Assembly: GCA_950097015.1 (NCBI GenBank)
Contig: CATNEN010000029.1
Location: 434,001 to 498,000 of the forward strand
Source: Macrostomum hystrix
Lineage: Eukaryota; Animalia; Platyhelminthes
Length of the DNA stretch: 64,000 bases
Reading direction: 5' to 3'
Part shown: positions 1 through 12,300 of the stretch, one piece after another
Numbering within the stretch: the first letter of the stretch is position 1
Layout of the letters: each line of letters begins with the position of its first letter
The notes under the pieces: model-generated
Databases searched by the model: none
Seen by the model: the letters and a program-made list of their open reading frames with translations, nothing else
Told to the model about the DNA's origin: nothing
Program-made: the position numbers and the translations under genes

Positions 1-440
1 GGTCACTGACAACAGGAAAAGTTGATTGGTTAGTAATAAATAAAGCAATTTGCGAGTCAGTTGGAATGGGATAGTTTAGGAGCGACAAAAGCCACAAATA
101 GGACAGTTGGGCGAGCGAATTCAGTAGCTCTAGGATAGCATCCGAGCCGCCGAGGGACATGGGACACAAATCACCTGCACGACGGAATCGGACAATACTG
201 GACAAGCGACAAAGACTAGCTCAATGCGAGCCACAATTCTTACGTATAAATCAAATCCAAGAAAAAAGTTACTCTTCGGTTTTATAAACGGGGCAGAAAA
301 GTCTTTTTTGCCCATAGAAAATGAGAGTATACTGGATGCTTTGCTGCTTCTCGCATTGTCATCCACCTCAACAGCGGCAAGGCAGATCGGGAGGTAGAGG
401 CGGGGAGTTCTGTGGCGCACAGAGATGAACCTGCGTGCGG

Positions 441-3400
441 TCACGCTGTGATGGCCGTGGGTTTGAGTCCCACAGCAGTTGACGCCGCTCCTGCCGACTC
501 ATGCGACGATTGGTCAGATGCTGGGACGCCAGCGCTCGTCGTTAAAGAGGACGGACTCTCTGGGTTGCAGTCTTTGTCTGACCCGGCGGCTCCCTGATCC
601 GCCTCTAAAACTGCGGCTGCTGCTGCTGCGGCTGAGCTGCCACCACCGCTGCCACTGCCGGCAGCGCTTCCGCCGCAACTGCCGCCGCCATTGCTATTTG
701 CCAAATGCGAAGACGACGATGAAGATGAAGAAGATGATGATGAAGAGGAGGAAGAGGAAGAAGAGGAACACGATGACGAGGATGACGAAGAGGAAGAGCA
801 GGAAGATGATGATGTTGGCGGTGGGGGCGGCGGAGGCGGTGGAGGTGGTGGAGGTGGCGGCGGCGGCGGTGGAGGCGGTGTCAGCATGCCACTGTCCGAG
901 GAGCCCAGCATCGACGAGGACCACCCGCTACTGGCGCTGGCGAAGCCGGAGGACTTGGAGCCGCTCAGCGGGGAGTCTGGGAGGCCGAGATAAGTTGCAT
1001 TGCGAGCCTCTTCAATCTTCAATATTAAAATTCATTCAATTTTCTTTTAGCTTACTGTGCTCAAACTGTCTACTTACCTGCCATGGAGTAAGGCGGCATC
1101 TGAACTGGCGTTCCCGGCTTTGAATCCGGGTGATTCAACAGGCTAGTGAATCTGCCCACAGGCATCTGCTGCTGATGTAGTTGAGGCGGCAGCTGCTGCA
1201 TCTGGTGCTGTGGCATCATGCCGCCTCCGCCGAATTCGTCCATTATCATCGACAGGCTGGGTGGCGGAGGCGCCATTATCGCCGAGGAGGATGATGACGA
1301 TGAAACAAACTGGTGATGAGGATGATGATGCATTGTAGGCGGCGGCGGGGGCATCTGGTGCTGCTGCTGGTGATGAAACTGGCCAGGATGATTTTGATTG
1401 AGAATTGGCGGCTGCAGCATCTGGGCTTGCATCATGTGCGGCGACGGTGGCGGCGGTGGCAGCGGCGGCTCCATGGACATGGACGCCGGGTGCCTGAGCG
1501 AGTGCGGCTGCGAATGGGACGAGGCCGCAGCGGCGTGGTGATCAAACTGGCGATTTTCTAGTCGGGTTATCAGTCTTTCGTCCTCCTCGCCGAAATCGCC
1601 GCCCATCAAGGTCGGCTCGCCGACAATCATCACATCCTGAAATGGTTTAGGTGCTCTAGGTTAATATTCTTGGTCTATTCTGCTTCCTTAGCCAATAAAG
1701 GCATTGCATGGCAAAATGAAATATGTCGAAACCAACCCCTGGCTGGGCGAAATTCGGTATCGCTGCAGGCGCCATTGCGGCCGCTGTCGCCTTCTTCTTG
1801 CTTTTGCTGCCGCCTCCGCCACCGCCGCCGCCTCCGCCCGCGCCAACTCCAGCCGTGTCGGCACTATTTGCGTTGTTGTTGTTGTTTTTGCGTTTTTTCC
1901 GCTTGCTGGGCTGCCGATTAGACTCTGAGATGAGAATCAGGGCGGGTTATAGAATCTTGACAGCACGCGGCCAGCGGCAGGAATGTGCATGAAAAGAAAT
2001 TCATGAAAGAACCGCGGTAGAGATGAAGTTAGATGGTGGTCACAGGGGAGGAATGAGCAGTATAGAATGGAGTGAGGTGGTGGTCACAGGGGGAGGAATG
2101 TGCGGTATAGAATGGAGTGAGGTGGTGGTCGCAGGGGGAGGAATGTGCGGTATAGAATGGAGTGAGGTGGTGGTCGCAGGGGGAGGAATGTGCGGTATAG
2201 AATGGAATGAGGTGGTGGTCGCAGGGACAGGAATGTGCGGTATAGAATGGAATGAGGTGGTGGTTGCAGGGGCAGGAATGTTCAGTATAGAATGGAGTGA
2301 GGTGGTTGTTGTCCCAGGGGGAGGAATGTGCAGTACAGAATGGAGTGAAGTGGTGGTCGCAGGGGCAGGAATGTACAGAATTGAAGGGAGTGACGTGGTG
2401 ATCACGGGGACAGGAATGGGCAGAATAGAATGGAGTGTAGTGGTGGTCTCAGGGGCAGGAATATGTAGTACAGAATGAAGTGATGTGGTGGTCACAGGGG
2501 AAGGAACACAGAGGTGCGGTATAGAATGGAATGAGGTGGTCGTGAAACCGAAATACACGGTATAATTTTATAACTTGGAGACGGAATGGAGCAATCTAGA
2601 AAAAGAAGAAACCAACCAGGTGGAGCCACCATTCGCTGCCACTTTTGAAACAGCGTGGTCTTTAAGCAGTCCCTCGGCTGCAGTCCGTAGGCCTTCTGCC
2701 GGCTCATGAGCTCCTGCATCGGCTCCAAGATGACGCACAGCCGTAGGAAGTGCAGTGTGTGGCAGGTGACGCCCTGTCTGGTGACGTTCTTGGCCATTTG
2801 TTCCAGAATATGAATGTCCTGAGGATGGAGTTTAGTTCACATGAGAACCATGAACTCGAATTGGACTTTAGGTTTGAATACACTGTAGTAAAAGGATGTG
2901 ATTCCTTCAGACTCACCTGGTGGCCGCACATCACCTGCCTGGGAATCATTTCGCGACAGCTGCGAATCTGGAATAGCCAACCGCGTATTCGCATCAATTC
3001 GTCGAATGCGAAGTCAAGTACAAGGCGGCCCTCGGTCACCACATTAGTCAGGACCGGTTTCACGTGGGTGGCGTGCATCTCGCCCCGCTCGCAGTCCAAA
3101 GTAAGGGTCGGGCCGTGCAGGGACTCCCTGGCATTCTTTAGGAAGACGTACAAGTCAACAACGCCGCCCTCGAAGATGCTGCGGAAGTAGCGCGGAATCA
3201 ACGTCCGGCCGATGGCTGTCCAAGGGTGATTCGGGACTCGTTAAACTAACTTGAAATATAAATATAACAAGTCGAAGTATCTGTTTGTAATATTTGCTAG
3301 GTCACTTACTGTATCTTTTCGGTCCGTCCTCGAGCATCAACTGGATGGTCATGACGGAGTCATCCTCAAAAAACTCTGTTGCGAACTGGTCCCACCAAAG

Positions 3401-4093
3401 GTTCTGCCCGTCACTTTCGCTCTGTTTGAATGGTGCATGAATTGTGTGGTTTGACTTTTTAGACTGAAAATGTGTTGGCACGTGATTCTTACACAGTGAG
3501 CAGAACTATGTTTAACATCAAAGAGGGTTTATCATTTTGTGCGTACAAGGCAATGTGATAAACACGCAACAGAAGCAACAATGGCTTACATCCGGCCTCT
3601 GCTGCAGCCGCTTGTTCATCTCGTGGATGCGCACATCCGGCGTGCCCACGTACGGCGGCATTCTGGGCCGGAAGAACATGCCGCCAGGCGGCGGGGGCGG
3701 CGGCGGCAGCATATGCGACTGGTACGGCGGGTGCTGATGCGGCATCAGTGGAGGCGGCGGCGGCGGAGGTGGTGGCGGGCCCATGTGATGCGGCTGATGA
3801 TGATGCGGATGGTGAATCGGGGGTCCTGGAGGCGGGGGACACATAGACGCCATTGACGGATGCTGCTGCGGACCGCAACCCCAACCAGGTCCAGGCATCA
3901 TCTGCGACGGCGGCGGTGGCGGTGGAGGCGGACCCATCGAAGGTGGCGGTGGCATCGGCGAAATAAAATCTGGCGACGGCGGCGGCGGCAGCTGCTGGAG
4001 GTAGCGAGTTGGCGAAGGCCCTGCTACCATGGATGCTGAGGACATCGGCAGGTGTTGCGGTCCCTGCATGCCATGAGGAATCTCAAAGTCCAT
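441..4093 (-). CDS. LDB: LIM domain-binding protein (LDB1/LDB2/Chip family), 7 exons, about 799 aa, with Pro-rich N-terminus and long Pro/Ser/His low-complexity C-terminus
   Basis: Exons (minus strand): 4093-3590, 3421-3310, 3215-2917, 2818-2617, 1924-1737, 1636-1078, 976-441. All introns are GT-AG, phases are consistent, total 2400 nt. Family motifs: DVRIHEMNKRLQQR, NLWWDQFATEFFEDD, GPKRYTIGRTLIPRYFRSIFEGGV, LRLCVILEPMQELMSRQK, PRDCLKTTLFQKWQRMVAPP, NLS-like RQPSKRKKRK, and LIM-interaction domain DVMIVGEPTLMGGDFGEEDERLITRLEN. The start codon at 4093 is a best guess. Confidence 0.93.
2040..2540. repeat. 45-bp minisatellite in LDB intron 4
   Basis: Unit GTATAGAATGGAGTGAGGTGGTGGTCGCAGGGGGAGGAATGTGCG, about 11 copies. 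Confidence 0.9.
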
Positions 4094-7000
4094 TAGAATT
4101 GGCAGTTGTGATAGATTTAGCGAGCAGGTGGGCACTAGTGCAAAGCGTGAAACTGTCGGACTTCTTGGCTTCCTCGGCAGTAATTTGCGGACTAAGGCCT
4201 CGGGTGATCTACCCGCCACGCGGTGCCATCCAGATGTTCAGTGTGGTAGCTCTGAGTAGTGCTGACGTCACTTGCCGGAACTTTTGAGCAAGCCCACTTC
4301 GAAATCGTTGGGGCCTTAACCGTCACAGAAGCTTTGCGGCGAAGAGAAGCTCTCAGTCTGTTGTTTGTTTATGACCGATGGAGAAAGAAAAGAAAGTGGG
4401 CAGCCGGAAAAGGGGATAAAGGAGAGAAGAGGAGAAGAGAAAGGGGAGAGTCAAAGCGGTGCTCGATCCAGACTCCTCACTGGGGCGTACTCGGTGCGGG
4501 TGCCGGCGGTCTGTACGCGCTAGTGCCTCCTTCGGCGGCGACCATTCGGGACCGGATTCGAGAGAGTGGCAAAAAAGGAATGGAATGAGGAGGCGCGCGA
4601 GAGAGAGGATGCGATATCAGAGAGAAGATGATGGCTCGGTATGGATGGGGGGACAAAATGTAGTAGTGCTTAGAGGGGTGGCTAAGGAAAAGGAGTGGCC
4701 GGGTGAGGGTGCAAGCACTGGGGTGGGGCTTCCCACTAAGCGGCGTGTGCGAGCGCTTGGGATACACTCGACTGCTGGGGAGAGAGAGAAGAGAGACGGG
4801 GGAGAGAGCGGGCTTGGGAGGTTGCTGGGGAGGTCGCCGTTTTAGGAGAAGGCGAATCCCCAGCTCCGACTCGAAGATCTGGGAGCGCGAGGGAGAACAG
4901 CAGTTGAGAAGTGGCCACACTGACTCCGTGCGATGCCTTCGGATTATGTGTGGAATGGAGGGTGAGAGAAGAGGAGGACGATTGGTCTTGGGTGAGATCC
5001 CCTACGTCCCTATTTTCCCCCTCCCCAGTGCAGTGTCGCCCTCCGTGCCACCAATCGGATCCGCCAAGTCCCACCCGCCCCGTGAGGGCCTGGGATGTGC
5101 GGGGGGATAAGGAGAACGACAGGGGAGAAACTGAAGGAGAGGGAGAATCGGGCTTGGGACCCGCTTGCCGCCTGCTTCAGTGGTCGGAAGAGGTAAAGGG
5201 GAAGAGAAGAGACCCAGCCACAGAAGGCTGGGACAAGGAGAGAGGACGCAGAAAGAGGGAATTCTGTCAATCAATGCGCCGTAGTCATGACAACCTCCTC
5301 AACCCACGACCGGGACCGTGGCGAGGACTGGGATGACTTCAACTCCCCTCCGAAGCTCTTCCCCTTGCCAGCTTTTTTCCCAACCCCAGTCAACCCTTCC
5401 TCCAGTCTTCGCTCCTTCGTTTTTCTTACCCTGCGCCTTCCTCTTTCTCGGACGACTTTTTAGGGATCCAAATCCCAAATCTAGTCCGATTCTAAATCCC
5501 CGAAGTGGTCGCAAGCGAGCAGGCCTTGCCCAGTCACCAGTCGCGTGTCCCACAGGGCCACCACCGCAAACAGCTCCCGGCCCGCTCTCTAACCCTCTGG
5601 TCCATTTTTCTTCTTTTACAAGTCGCACGCAGGCAGTGGGAGACACAGAAATGGAATGGGGCTAAGAATTTGGGTGTTGCTGAGAGAGTAGGTATTGGGG
5701 CAGCCGGCCCAGTGCAGGGAAAAGTGAGAGTGGATATTCTTGCCCCTCTGCCACACCAGCAAAACTCAGTGGCATTGCTGCCTGAGTCAATCTGGGATCA
5801 GAGAAGAAGGGGTGCAGGAGTCCCGGCAGAGTTAGTCCAGTCAGTTATTTCTAGATTTTAGAGGATGCAAAGCGATGGGTAGAGCAGGACTAGCCGTGGC
5901 TCTCAATGCATTTGCAGCCATTGGGCTGGGGATGGGAATCCCGAAGCTGCAGCCTTTGCTGAAAAGCTATTGGGAGAAAGTGAAAGACCCGGCTGTCCTT
6001 CCTCCTACGCGCCCCATCGCTGCCTATGCCGTTGCGGCCCAATACAGTTGCCTGTTATTCCCTTCTGCTATTCCCACAACAGCGGCGCTGCCCCCCTCCT
6101 CGCAAAATATACTGCTGCTGCTACTGTGTGTCTTTATTTCCCTTCCCTCTGCTCCTCACTCCCTGGCCTCTCAGCTCTCAGCCTCTCCCCTTCATCGGCT
6201 TCTACCTAGCATATCTCCTCTGCCATCCCCCGTGTGTATGCTTGCATGTGTATATATATGGCCTTGTGCCGCGCAAAAGGGCCCGGACAAGCTGGTGGGG
6301 GAAGACCGGAGGGACTCCCGCTACATGGTCCGGACCCACCCACTCTCGCCTTTAATATATTCCAGCAGTGCTGGGGATCCATGCTGCGGAGCGAGAGGGG
6401 GAGAGAAGAGGAAAAATAGGGGAAGAATTAAGACTTGAGGGCTAGGAGAAACGCGCGGGCCGGGATATGCGAGAGCACTGGCCTTCACGGTGCCCACCGA
6501 GCCCCACTGCGTCAGCAGCGCGGGAAAGAGAAAGAGCTAAAAAGAGGAGGGGGAATATACTGTATATACAAGAGAGAGATGATACGGGAGAACGAGAAAG
6601 AAAGAGAAAGGGTGGAGTAGTGCCAGTGTTGTTGGGAGGAGGGCCGCGAGATGGGATCCAGGGAGCATTTCGGGATCGGGAGCAAGCTATAGTATAGTAG
6701 ACTCTTCCCATCATGGCACAAAACAGGACACAAAAAATAAGCAAGCAGCGTCAAGCAGCCATGAGCGAGGATTCTTGGCCGCAGCTGGAAAGACACACAC
6801 TTACTATTATATTGCACATGTATATAAGCGGTGGGTATTATACACATTTATTCCTCTCTGGTGCGCCCTTTTTATATTGCCTATACTGAACGTAATTAGC
6901 CCTCGCGTCTCTAGCGCTAGGCCAATATATTGTCTATGCCGGCACATACAATACTATTTTTCAACTGGTTTTAAATCTTTGGTTTGTGGATCGAACGATC

Positions 7001-8601
7001 GTCGCGCGCGTCTATAGGCTATGGAAAAGAAAAACGAATCATATTTCCTTGTCAGCCTTGGCTGAACTGAAAATGTGCAGTACAGTTCAGTGTAAGGATG
7101 CAAAATGGTTCTTATATAGACCGTTGAGTGGCATGATATAGAAACTAAGGAAAGGGGTTGAATTTAATGTTCGATTTGATGTTCTAGCCCCTGTAGAAAA
7201 AAATGCTCAAAATTATTGGTTCGTCTAACAATTTTAGAAATAAAAATCTGAATATGACAAAAGCAATAAAATCAGCAAGATATTGCGCCATATGATGACA
7301 AAGAAGCCAAAAAACTGTCACCGTAAGAAAACAAGCATTTCTAATAGGCGATAAAATGTGCATTTTCAAGCCAAAATTTATTGTGTTGATTCGAATAAGA
7401 GGGAGAAAAAAACACATTTATCAAAAAAATTATGTAAAGACTAAAGCCTTTTTACATAAAAGTTTACTTTTAAATCGTGGCAATACGAAACAAAAATTAA
7501 ATCGTTAACAACGAGTTCCACAATTTTTGGGCGGAGCATGAATGCCTTTAAATATGATTTTTTTTCTACGAACCTCCACGATTACTAAAAATTCTAGGAA
7601 CCTTTGCCCGTTCCTAGGTTATAGGTATAGGTTATAGACTTTATAGGTATATATAGAGTGAAAATTTCAAACGTAGGGGCTGAAATTCGAACTGAAGAAA
7701 AAAACATTAGAAGTTTTATTATTTGATAAGTTCAAACGTATATTACGAAAGCTTTACAGTACGAGTACGACCACTTCTTTTAGTTGTAGCGATGAAAAAA
7801 AATAGAAAAAATAATTAGGCGATCGGCAAAAATGCTTAATACCGAAATTCTGACTGCGCATCGTGCATTTCTTCTTTCTTCTTGGTTACAATTCTACTAG
7901 GTTTTCCCATTCAAACTTTTCAAAATGCTATTTTAACCATAAACCATAAAAAGCAGTTAAAGCTTTCGTGCCATTTGTAAATCCACTCCACATCAATGAG
8001 TACATTTTGTGGCTCCGAACTTCTCAGAGATAGCTTGTGTTCTGTCATTCTGTGATCAAATAATAATATAAGGAATTTTATAATTTAGTAGCATCAGTCA
8101 ATATCACAGAGCTTACACTGATTACATTTTACACAAGTACATTTACTGCACTTTGTTCTAAAGAGATATAGCAACTAAACAAAAAATAAAGAAATGCAAT
8201 AACACTTGTTAATGGAAATTTTGTAACATAATTAGAAAGAATTTTTCCATTTGTTATAAAACCCTGTAGATATATCTAACACCAAAAATATGTGATATAA
8301 AACAGTTAATAAAACATTCATTAATTCAATTCACAAATTTACCAAATATCATATAAGGATATTGCTCATTGGTAGGTGCAAAGGTGTCATATCATTTTTC
8401 ATCACTATATAGCCATACATTACGTATGTAAATGCTGTTAGTAAATATGAATAAATAATCAACACATATATATGTTGCAATTTATGTATTTATGAATTCA
8501 TTTGATAATAATACTCATAATATGAGTTAAATAAAGAAACATAAAGAGAGATAACTATATGCATGATTGCTCAGCATATTGCAACATTACCAATATATAA
8601 T

Positions 8602-8905
8602 CCGAGAGGTTGTAGCCTAGTGTTTAGGGCATTGGACTCACAACTTGAAGGTCAGGGGTTTGATTCCCGACTCCACTGGAACAATTTGCGTCCTTTAGCA
8701 AGACACTTAACTCTGCATTGCTTCAGTTCACCCAGCTGTTAAGTTAAATGGGTACCAGCATCAGCTGGGATAATTGAAGGTGGGTGTGGCGTCCCCCCAG
8801 TCCGTGGACTGAACAGCTGTACGCAGCCTTCAGATGCGCCACGTACTAGCTACGGCTGTGCTGTTGGCTGCACATCTGACCCAATTGGGGCAGGTGTAAT
8901 CAAAA
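8602..8905 (+). mobile_element. tRNA-derived SINE, family B (full-length copy)
   Basis: tRNA-like head (GGTTGTAGCCTAGTGTTTAGGGC...GGGTTTGATTCCCCG, with A/B-box-like motifs). Central TCCTTTAGCAAGACACTTAACTC...CACCCAGCTGT...AATGGGTACC resembles conserved SINE central domains. A-rich tail. An inverted homolog lies at about 12700-12990. Confidence 0.75.
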
Positions 8906-9363
8906 AATATATATAGGCCTATATATATAATAGTGTTGCTTCGTTAAAAATTAATTTATCTATTGTGTCTTTGAATTCATATTGCATTAAATCTAATCTA
9001 AATATTATTAGGATGAAATTTATTTAGCTGTTACTATAGTTTTTGTAGTCCTTAGGACATACATTTTTCACATTTTCTTAATGTTTAAAAGTCAAACTAT
9101 TTGAGTGTATAACAAATCTAATTTACTCAGAGGAAAATTATCATTCTCTTAAAACAATTATTACACAACTTTTATTTATTACAAGTACAAACAAACTTGC
9201 TCTCCAATGGATGTGGATTGACTATTTAATATTTTACTTGCTTCAATTGCTAAATCGAGAACTGGAAGTAGTATTCCCTTTTTAATATAAACATTATTCC
9301 TATTCTTGAGTCCTATTATGAAGGATTTTTTGTACCGCAGGCGCCACCAGAAATCAAACTGAT

Positions 9364-12300
9364 ATGAGCAGCAGGCACCAGCGCCGTCAGTGTCCACGCC
9401 TGCTGGACTATGTGGTCCTGGTGGGCCCAGATTCGCAGGCCATTGATTCTGGATCGGACCCAGCCTACACGCGACCCCGCCTCCTTCGTCGCTATCCACC
9501 CCTTGATCACGCCGACTTTTGTCTACCGCCAGACATTGTGCACTTTTGCCAGCCGACCGCCTCTTGGCCAACAGCGTCTGGCAGGAGCTTCGCCTTCACC
9601 CTCACGGAGAAGGACTCGGGCGTTGTGCGCCACGGCGCGTGCCTGGCATTCTCTGTTGGCTCTCCGCCGCGCCCACTCAGCCTGTGCGCCGTTGCTCATC
9701 ATGCGTTCTACGCAAAGCTGACCGAGTGCCTGCGAGTGCTGCGAGCCATTGTGGACGGATTCGGGTGCGTCGGGGTCATTATGGGCGATGGGAGAATAAA
9801 CCAGTTTTTAGTGTTCAAAATTGTCACTGGCTGAGTGACAAAAGCCCTAAAAGAAACTATGACGAAGTGACTGCTCTGAGATCTCAGCGATAAAGCTTCA
9901 GAAGGGAAATGGAACCTTCAGGAAAGCTCAACCTGCTCCAGCCTCCAGTTCTCACAAACTGGTCTGCCTTCTCATTTCCTGGGAAGCAGCTTAACTGTAC
10001 CTTTACTGTACATCTGTGTGCTTGCAGCCTATCAATGTAGATAGAGTCTCTAAAAAATAAATTTTCACTTTTACACACTCTAGAGCATGCCCTTATACTA
10101 TGAGTAGCATAGTCGGGTTTTCGCACCGAATTCCCTGAGCTCGGATCCGCATCGAAGTTTAGAGCAAACCCCAAAGGCACAGTGAGTGTTAATTGCCTGA
10201 CGATGAGACAGTCATGACATATGTACTCACCCTATGTGAGTGTATGCGTGCGTACAGAATCGCTTAGGCTGAAGATGCAAAGGATCGGCAGGCAGCCCAA
10301 TGATGCGTCATTGCCCACAGCCACTGTAAACATTGGACCAATTGTCTATTACTATGAGTAGGATAGTAGCACAGTGCGTACATTCCATTGCCTCCAAACA
10401 AACCGACAGTGACTCAGTGTGGCCTCTGCTGACCGGCTGGCTGGCCCCGGATTCTGCCAGGGAGCCGGCCCTAAGCAATGCCCGCTCAGTGGAAACCTGG
10501 ATTCTCCGCCTCCTGTCCGCTCCTGCACCTGTGCCAGGCGTCTCCAAGCTACAGGTGAGCAAATTTTTCCGTCTTATACCCCTCACCGGTATTTTAAATA
10601 TCCACAATTTTTTCTGTATCTCCCAAAAGTATTCAACCAATCGTCATGAAAATGCAGAACACGGGCAAAAATTTTCGCTCTATCCGATGAAACGTCTTCC
10701 AGAATCACCAAACATCTTCCAGAATCAGCAAACATCTTCCAGAATCAGCAAACATCTTCCAGAATCACCAAACATCTTCCAGAATCACCAAACATCTTCC
10801 AGAATCACCAAACATCTTCCAGAATCACCAAACATCTTCCAGAATCAACAAACATCGGCATCGTCGAGATATTCAACGATTCTCGTCGGGGTGTCTGGTG
10901 GCAAAAACCATAAATTTAGACACAATTCTTCTGCTCACAAAATTTCATAATGTAACCATGTGGACTATTGTTGTTGATTAGTATATTATTAAAAGAATTG
11001 TGGATTCACCATATAGAGGTTTATGCAGAGCAATGTTAGTTGTCCTTGTCACCAGGGTCTTCGATCTCGACGATGCTGACGTCGGACGGCTTTAAAAGTT
11101 AGCTCATCGAAAAGGGCGGAAAATGTTGATTCGGATAGTGGAATTTCACTTTAATCGGTCATTCGGTTTGGGAGCTGTCGTGAAGTACGCAGTGGGTTTT
11201 TTAAACTGTTAGCGTTTGTCCGCCTGCCCACCTGCCCAGCTCTCAGTGCTGCCCGAGTCGCTCTATTCGCCCCTGCTGCTGGCTCTGCCGGATCGGTCCC
11301 GCCTGCCGCTGGCCGACTTCGCACTGCACACGCCGCTCCTCCGACTCGGCGCGCCACTCTGCCTCTCCCTACTGGCCACGCTCCTGCTTGAGAACAAGGT
11401 GGCTTTGCAGGCCGCTGATCCCGGCTGCCTGTCCGTCAGCGTGCTGGCCCTGGTGGCACTGCTCTACCCGCTGCAGTACGTCTTCCCTGTCATCCCGCTG
11501 TTGCCGGCTGGCATGACCGGAGCCGAGCAGCTGCTGCTGGCCCCGACACCCTATCTGATCGGCCTGCCGAGCGGCTTCCTGAGCAGGCGGCCAGGCTTCC
11601 GGCTGCCTGCCGAGGTGGTCCTAGTTGAACTGGATTCCGGCAAGGTCAGCTCTCCGCTGTTCATTGCTTGCTGCTTTGTGGAAGCTGCTAATGTGTCTTT
11701 CGACCCTGTTGGGGTGTCTTCTGCCTCCGCTTATGTGTCTTTCGACCCTGTTGGGGTGTCTTTTGCCTCCGCTGATGGGTCTTTCGACCCTTTTGGGGTG
11801 TCTTCTGCCTCCGCTTATGTCTTTCGACCCTGTTGGTGTGTCTTCTGCCTCCGCTTATGTGTCTTTCGACCCTGTTGGTGTGTCTTCTGCCTCCGCTTAT
11901 GTGTCTTTCGACCCTGTTGGGGTTTCTTCTGCCTCCGCTTATGTGTCTTTTGACCAGGTTGGGGTGTCTTCTGCCTCCGCTGATGTGTCTTTCGACCCTG
12001 TTGGAGGTGTCTTATGCCTCCCCAGAAGTGTCTGTTGCCCCTCTCATTCGAGTGTATTTTTATTTTTCGCCCTAGAGCATAGCTATTTCAAACCGAAACA
12101 TTCGTCAAACATTCGTCTTTGTATCTAGTTCCTACTAGCTGACTAGTTAGTCATTACCGCTGTATGGTGTCAGCTAATTGTCAACGTTTAGGCTTGGAGC
12201 TGAGTGTCCGTTAGCGCTTTTTCTACTGGAAACGGGAAACCGTTGGTTGATTATTCCACTTTTTTTAAAAGCTCTTGTGGCACACCCGCGGAAATTCCGT

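Noticed and set aside
691-993. Plus-strand acidic/Gly-rich ORF (100 aa)
   Set aside because: It is the antisense reading of the poly-Ser/poly-Pro last LDB exon and has no independent domain or splice support.
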